Positions 58,716-64,000 of a stretch of 64,000 bases of DNA are shown piece after piece. A program made the translations under genes and the position numbers. The DNA is from Octopus vulgaris (Eukaryota): assembly GCA_951406725.2 (NCBI GenBank), contig OX597832.1, positions 33,418,001 to 33,482,000 of the forward strand. The letters run 5' to 3'. How positions within the stretch are numbered: position 1 is the stretch's first letter; every line of letters begins with the position of its first letter. The notes under the pieces are model-generated. The model saw nothing but the letters and a program-made list of their open reading frames with translations. It had not been told where the DNA came from and searched no databases.

Positions 58716-59880
58716 TCGAAAAGTACCTTAGGAATGAGAACCCAGGTTCGAAATTTCCCCAAGGCACCCGATGAAGGCTGGAAGGAGTATCAGCCGAAAC
58801 GTTGTGTTAACAACAAACAAGATGAGGACAAGAATCCGTCAAATGTAAATAATGTAGCAAATATGATGTCATCACCAATGCAATACTGGTCCCCATCCAA
58901 GTGTTCTTTTCATGTTGGAGAACTCAACAAAACAAGAGAAGAAGGACGAGTGCCCAACCAATTCAAAACCAGTCACTGAAATCAAGGAATTGTGTCCTGG
59001 AGCTTTGTACTGTTAAAACAATTCATCTTTCGTCATTTCTCCTGGGCGTGTATTCCAGACCGCCTTTCGTAACTGCCTCACCAACTTAGAAATACTGCAT
59101 TCATGGTGTGACCCTTTTGGATATATTCAATAAACACAATGTCGTTTGCATCCCCCTAAAAAGGCCGATTCATTTCACGCGAATGAAACGACCTTGGCCC
59201 TCTGTGGAGTAGGTGAAGAAGTGGTATCTCCACTGCATGGAATGTTTCTTTCTTTTCGGCTCAAAGTAATTAACGCAACACTCATATTGGGTCCAAGTAA
59301 ACCAACTGGATTTGCCTCAGACAATGTCAGATTTGCCCGTGATGTGATCATCCTGGGGCGCATTTGAACAGGGATCAGAAGACGTGTCGCCCACCGAGCA
59401 GAAACCTTCGTCAGGCCAAGTTCATGGTGGAGAATATTCACAACTCTTTCACAGGATACTTTAAAATCATTGGCTACATGTACAATCAATCGTTTGTAAT
59501 CGATCACTATGTTTTCCTTGGTGAGGCCATTTGCAAGAAGTAAGGACCGTGAGCTATCTTGAGTACTCTCCTTTCCCCTCATGAATTCAGCTGTCCCCTA
59601 TTGCATGGTTCATAGATCTTGAGCGTCATCCTCGGATGTAGTTAGCACGTCGGCATGAATGTCAACGGAGACTACACCTTTTATTTGCAGGTACTTGATA
59701 ACACTACGCTGCCAAAGTTTGACCATTTCCAAGACAAGTTTCTGCTAGTCATATTAAAGTCTTCTTTGAACAGTCAGCTGTCAGTTTACCTGGAATAAAG
59801 CAGGAAGAGTTGAACTTAATGCCGACAAAATTTCGCAGCTCTAGCACCACTCCTTCCAAGGTAGCCTCTGATTTAGTCAG
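58245..59880 (-). mobile_element. Mariner transposon, near full length, degraded, interrupted at 58375-58855
   Basis: ILHHELGLTKVSARWATRLL (cf. WVPRLL), IVFIEYIQKGHTMNA, and C-terminal KWKKCVGRKGDYVEK* left of the insertion. Confidence 0.88.
58375..58855 (+). mobile_element. Composite non-autonomous element: B-box, (AAT)n, hammerhead variant; 12-bp TSD
   Basis: AGCAGATATGAT 58363-58374 and AGCAAATATGAT 58856-58867; GAGTTCGATTCC 58438-58449; GGCAC CCGATGA A GGCTG..CAGCC GAAA C GTT GTGTT 58763-58808. Confidence 0.7.
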
Positions 59881-60074
59881 CTTGCGCTCCGATATATGCG
59901 TTTATATCTATGCCTGCTTTGCATATTGACATTTGTGTAAGCATGTACTCGGAAAATACGCATCTACTGCATTTATGAAGCCTATCACATCATACCTTAG
60001 ATAGATATACAGTCACGTCTCTCTCCCTATTTATATATATGTGTGTGTGCACACACATATACATACATACATTC

Positions 60075-60382
60075 CTTCTTTCTTTCTCAAAAGCTGTCAT
60101 TACTTTCGAGACAGTACTTCTTGATACACCAAATATTTCGGCTGTTTTCTTTACACTAGCGCCTGCCATACGAGCACCAACAATTTGACCTCTTTGAAAG
60201 TCCGATAGATCTGTCATTTCAATGAATTTTCATTACCTTTTTCTGATGGTAACTGAAAAGAAACATCAATCTTAGCAACACATATCAAGCATAAAAATAA
60301 GCAAGCTTTTGACGGTTCTATAGATATTTCAAAAGTATTATGCTAAGATGCTAGGTATTTCCATCAATTTGTCAAACCCTTG
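60075..60382 (-). mobile_element. Tc1-like transposon 5' end (TIR and N-terminal HTH)
   Basis: MTDLSDFQRGQIVGARMAGASVKKTAEIFGVSRSTVSKVMTAF; TIR-like CAAGGGTTTGACAAATTGATGGAAATACC beside (TA)n. Confidence 0.88.
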
Positions 60383-60449
<67 letters not shown>

Positions 60450-61448
60450 TTACGAAGCCTTCCGCTTCATAACTTTCCACTTTTCTTATCACTTTGTTTC
60501 CGTCGTTGATTCTGCATGTTCTTTTCTCCTTGCATTACATCGGTCACATTTCCAGAAATAGATTTACCTAAAGAACGAAATATTTGCGCCGAATTTGTTA
60601 GTCAGAAACTTTGAGATGTCTGTTCCTGATATTTGCGTTCTGAAAGCAGTAGACACTTGTGTCTACTGCGGGGGCTGTTCCATTAGAGAAAGTTGCGTGA
60701 TTGGCTTGCTTGTATACGCAACTGTCATCTATCTTATAAAATACCCAGGACTTTATTTACAGCTGCAGTTGCCTGGCGAAATACGACCGATGAAAGTGCT
60801 AGAAATAATAGCTCGTTGCAGACGCGTTAACGGCTCTGTATATACGTACTGTTTCTATTTAGCCGTAGGTTAACTTTGATCCTGCAGAGCTATGATCAAA
60901 AGCGTTGCAGATCCTGCTTCAGACATAGTGCTCCTATGAGGACTTACATTTATTTTAAGAGAAATGTACAGTGCTGGGGGATGGGGGAAACGTATTTCCA
61001 GAAACTTGAATAGCCACAAAGGCCCTATTCACGTACTACCATACAGTTGTTCAGCTAACAATTACACAAAGTATCAGCGCCCAAAAGGAATATAATATGA
61101 AATAGCAGTTGCTCCTACATAAAAAAATTGGAATAATAATTTATTATTATTATTATTATTATTGATATTATTGGTTTTCATCCACATCAGGTTTCTGTTC
61201 ACCGTATTTCAATGATGGACAAAATTACAATCTACATCAAGCGTAATTTAGCTAAACAAATTCCTCTAATGGATACATATGTGTAGGGGACATAACCGAG
61301 CACGGTTCCTTTCATTGGTAAACGACAAACGCCATCAATGTTTTCTCCATAAACTTTAACAAATATACATTTACATACTACATTTAACACATATTATACA
61401 CTCACACACACACAAATATATATATATATAAACATATATATGTATGTG

Positions 61449-61543
<95 letters not shown>

Positions 61544-63593
61544 ATTATGTATGTATGTAAGTATGTATAAACAATGTTTCTACTCAAGACGTAGACAGTA
61601 ATTTTGCGTTACTTAGACCCCAGCAAACTTTAAAACAAATTTCCTGCTCCTGGTTACAAAATAAAATATTTATTTTCTTCAATGCTGTCTTATTCTGAAT
61701 CACTCTGAGATTACTACAGCTGACTAAATTCTTTGTTTATCACCACAATAAAAATATATTGACTAAAGATAGGAAAAACACAGAAAGGGGTTTTCTATTG
61801 ATTTCTCTAAGTGCACAGGTGGTTTCAATCTCACAAGTATGAACCAACGAGGACAATAAACCAATCGAAAAATCGTGCCATTGCATACGACTGGAATATA
61901 TTCCATCTGATATTTACATTATATTCCAGTAGATCTTAGTTTACGTTTAGAGGAAGTTCTATATTCAGTTTTGTTTGCATAAAACATAATGGAGTTTGAG
62001 ATGTCTGTGAAGAAACAAACTCTTGTTCTCATCTCAAGTCTGTATGTCGTACTATGGATGTGGTACTATACACATTGGTCGTGCTGTAGTATTAAGCTAC
62101 TATATTAAAGATACATTGAAGATACATTATGGATATTGTAAAATCTAGTCTTACTTCAGACATGTAATGAATGCTAAATAATTTTTTATAAGTTATATCT
62201 ATCAACCATAGTCGTGCCTCGCAAGTGAGTATAACCTGACAACATAGACGAAGCTTGAGTTATCTCAGGTCCCTATGCAGTCGAAAAGCAGGCAAAGACA
62301 TAAGGAATATTTCCTGTGTAATATCGAGTGTTCCTGCCGGAAGGAGAAAAGTTCGCACCAACACTTGGATGGTACTCGTTCTCAGCTGGGGAGACTGAAG
62401 AATCTATATGCGATCTATAAATATCATACAGTACTTCACGCACACACGCTTATGCACGTGTCTATATGTGTGTGTTTGTGCGTCTATGTGTGCGTGTGTA
62501 TGTGTGTATGTGTATGTGTATGTGTATGAGTCTCTGTGTGTGCACCTGTGTGTGCGTGTGTCTATGTGTGAGAGAGAGAGAGAGTGTGTGTGTTTGTGCG
62601 CGTTTATACCATTTAAAAACATCACTCACACCCTTATGTATGAAAATATATTGCTTCTAAATTTGCCTTTACAGCTCGAAGTATTTTATGCTCGATAATA
62701 AATAATTACAAATACTCTACATTGCTGCCGGCTGCTTTATGACGAATACACAGCAGTGCTTCATCCTACAGTTGATGCTTTACGCTATTTAATGACTTCT
62801 GATGTGTTCAGAAGAGATAAAAAATCACTTTTACACTTTTATCAACGCTAATACCGTAACGGTTAATACAGAGTACCGTAACTGAAGCGGATTAATACAG
62901 TTTCATAGCTTCTCATTACATTTTATTACATATTTTTACAGTTGTTGAATAAATCTTCCGAACAACTGAACTGAAGCAAAATAACAGCAACATATTGCCA
63001 AATGTGTGTGTTTATGAACTTATGAGAATATTACTCGAGAACCTAAACATTGGCGATTCCTAACCTACTTCCCCAGTAAGTCCACCCTATATTATTCCCT
63101 ATAAGAAGGGAACACAGCAGAAATGGAAAGGTAAAACAAACGAAAGTTGGAAGACATTTTCAATAGTCTAATGATTAGTTTTAAATTCCTTAGGATACCA
63201 AACTATTTCATGCGATATTATTTCTGTATTCACTGCATGATGTCAACAATAGTGCCATACCTGGATATTAATGAAAATAAAATACTTGCTTGATTCCTAC
63301 GATTCAGTTTTAAACTTGAAGCAAGAAGGTTGAAGATAGACGGTTGCTACCATACATGTACTACATCGACTTTCCAGACACTGATGGTCAGGAACTTTTT
63401 TAAACAGAATTCATTTTACTAACAAGGAGTTCCAATCTCAATGACCGCCAGAGTATTTCTCTGGGCGATAATCTTTCATAGTACCTTAGAAGAATAAACA
63501 ATTAATACAGTTGCATTGCTCACGCTAACGAACATGTAAGTCTATTTCATATCTTTATCTAATTAAATTACATATATATATATATATATATTA

Positions 63594-64000
63594 TTGGGTT
63601 GGCAACGTCGTTCCCACCGTTTTTTTTAATTTAAATTTTTTTAAATGTTTAATAAAAAATAACAAACTAATTCAACTTTGTTGTTTACAACTTCTTCCCA
63701 ACGTTCGACAAGATTTTCAGTAACTCGTTGGCAGAAATCATCCGATTTCGACTCGAAAAGTTGATCCATCCAAGCTCTCAATTTTGCATCAGTATTGAAC
63801 GAAACTCCACGCATAACATTTGAAAGAGATGGAAAGAGGTGGAAATCCGTTGGTGCCAAATCAAGAGAGTACTGCGAGTGTGGCAGCACTTCCCAGTCAT
63901 GCGTTTGAATGGCTTCCTTAGTCATATTGGCGATATGAGGGCGGGCGATGTCGTGCAGCAGAAGAACTCCATGCTACCGATTAGGTCTTTTCTCTTCAAT
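63594..64000 (-). mobile_element. Mariner transposon 3' part with TIR, continues beyond the window
   Basis: LLHDIARPHIA, WEVLPHSQYSLDLAPTDFHLF, LVERWEEVV; TA followed by TTGGGTTGGCAAC terminus. Confidence 0.92.

Noticed and set aside
59408-59414. Minus-strand CTGACGA
   Set aside because: Part of the mariner coding sequence (LTK); no hammerhead helices.
61890-61931. 14-bp palindrome TGGAATATATTCCA and a small inverted repeat
   Set aside because: Short and AT-rich, with no supporting context.

Overview
Eukaryotic, AT-rich, extremely microsatellite-rich DNA whose SINE families look like those of Octopus (recognised from memory, not by search). I find no convincing host protein-coding exon: nearly all listed ORFs are (TA)n, (CA)n or (AAT)n artefacts, so the window is probably intronic or intergenic. 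It holds three tRNA-related SINE families (two copies with clear target-site duplications), two 3' ends of a CR1/L2-type LINE, a Dong/R4 LINE end inside (AAT)n, Penelope-like element (PLE) remnants, four Tc1/mariner fragments, two fold-back elements, a four-copy ~560-bp non-coding element tied to (AAT)n, and one tRNA-Leu(AAG)-derived gene with an 8-nt anticodon loop. The main unexplained signal is a set of type I hammerhead ribozyme motifs in about six unrelated sequence contexts. Two have an intact catalytic core (21381-21467 minus, 42530-42620 plus). Others carry core variants, including one in a TSD-flanked composite element of Pol III B-box, (AAT)n and hammerhead that is inserted in a mariner. 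All alignments and folds were done by eye, so most element boundaries are approximate.
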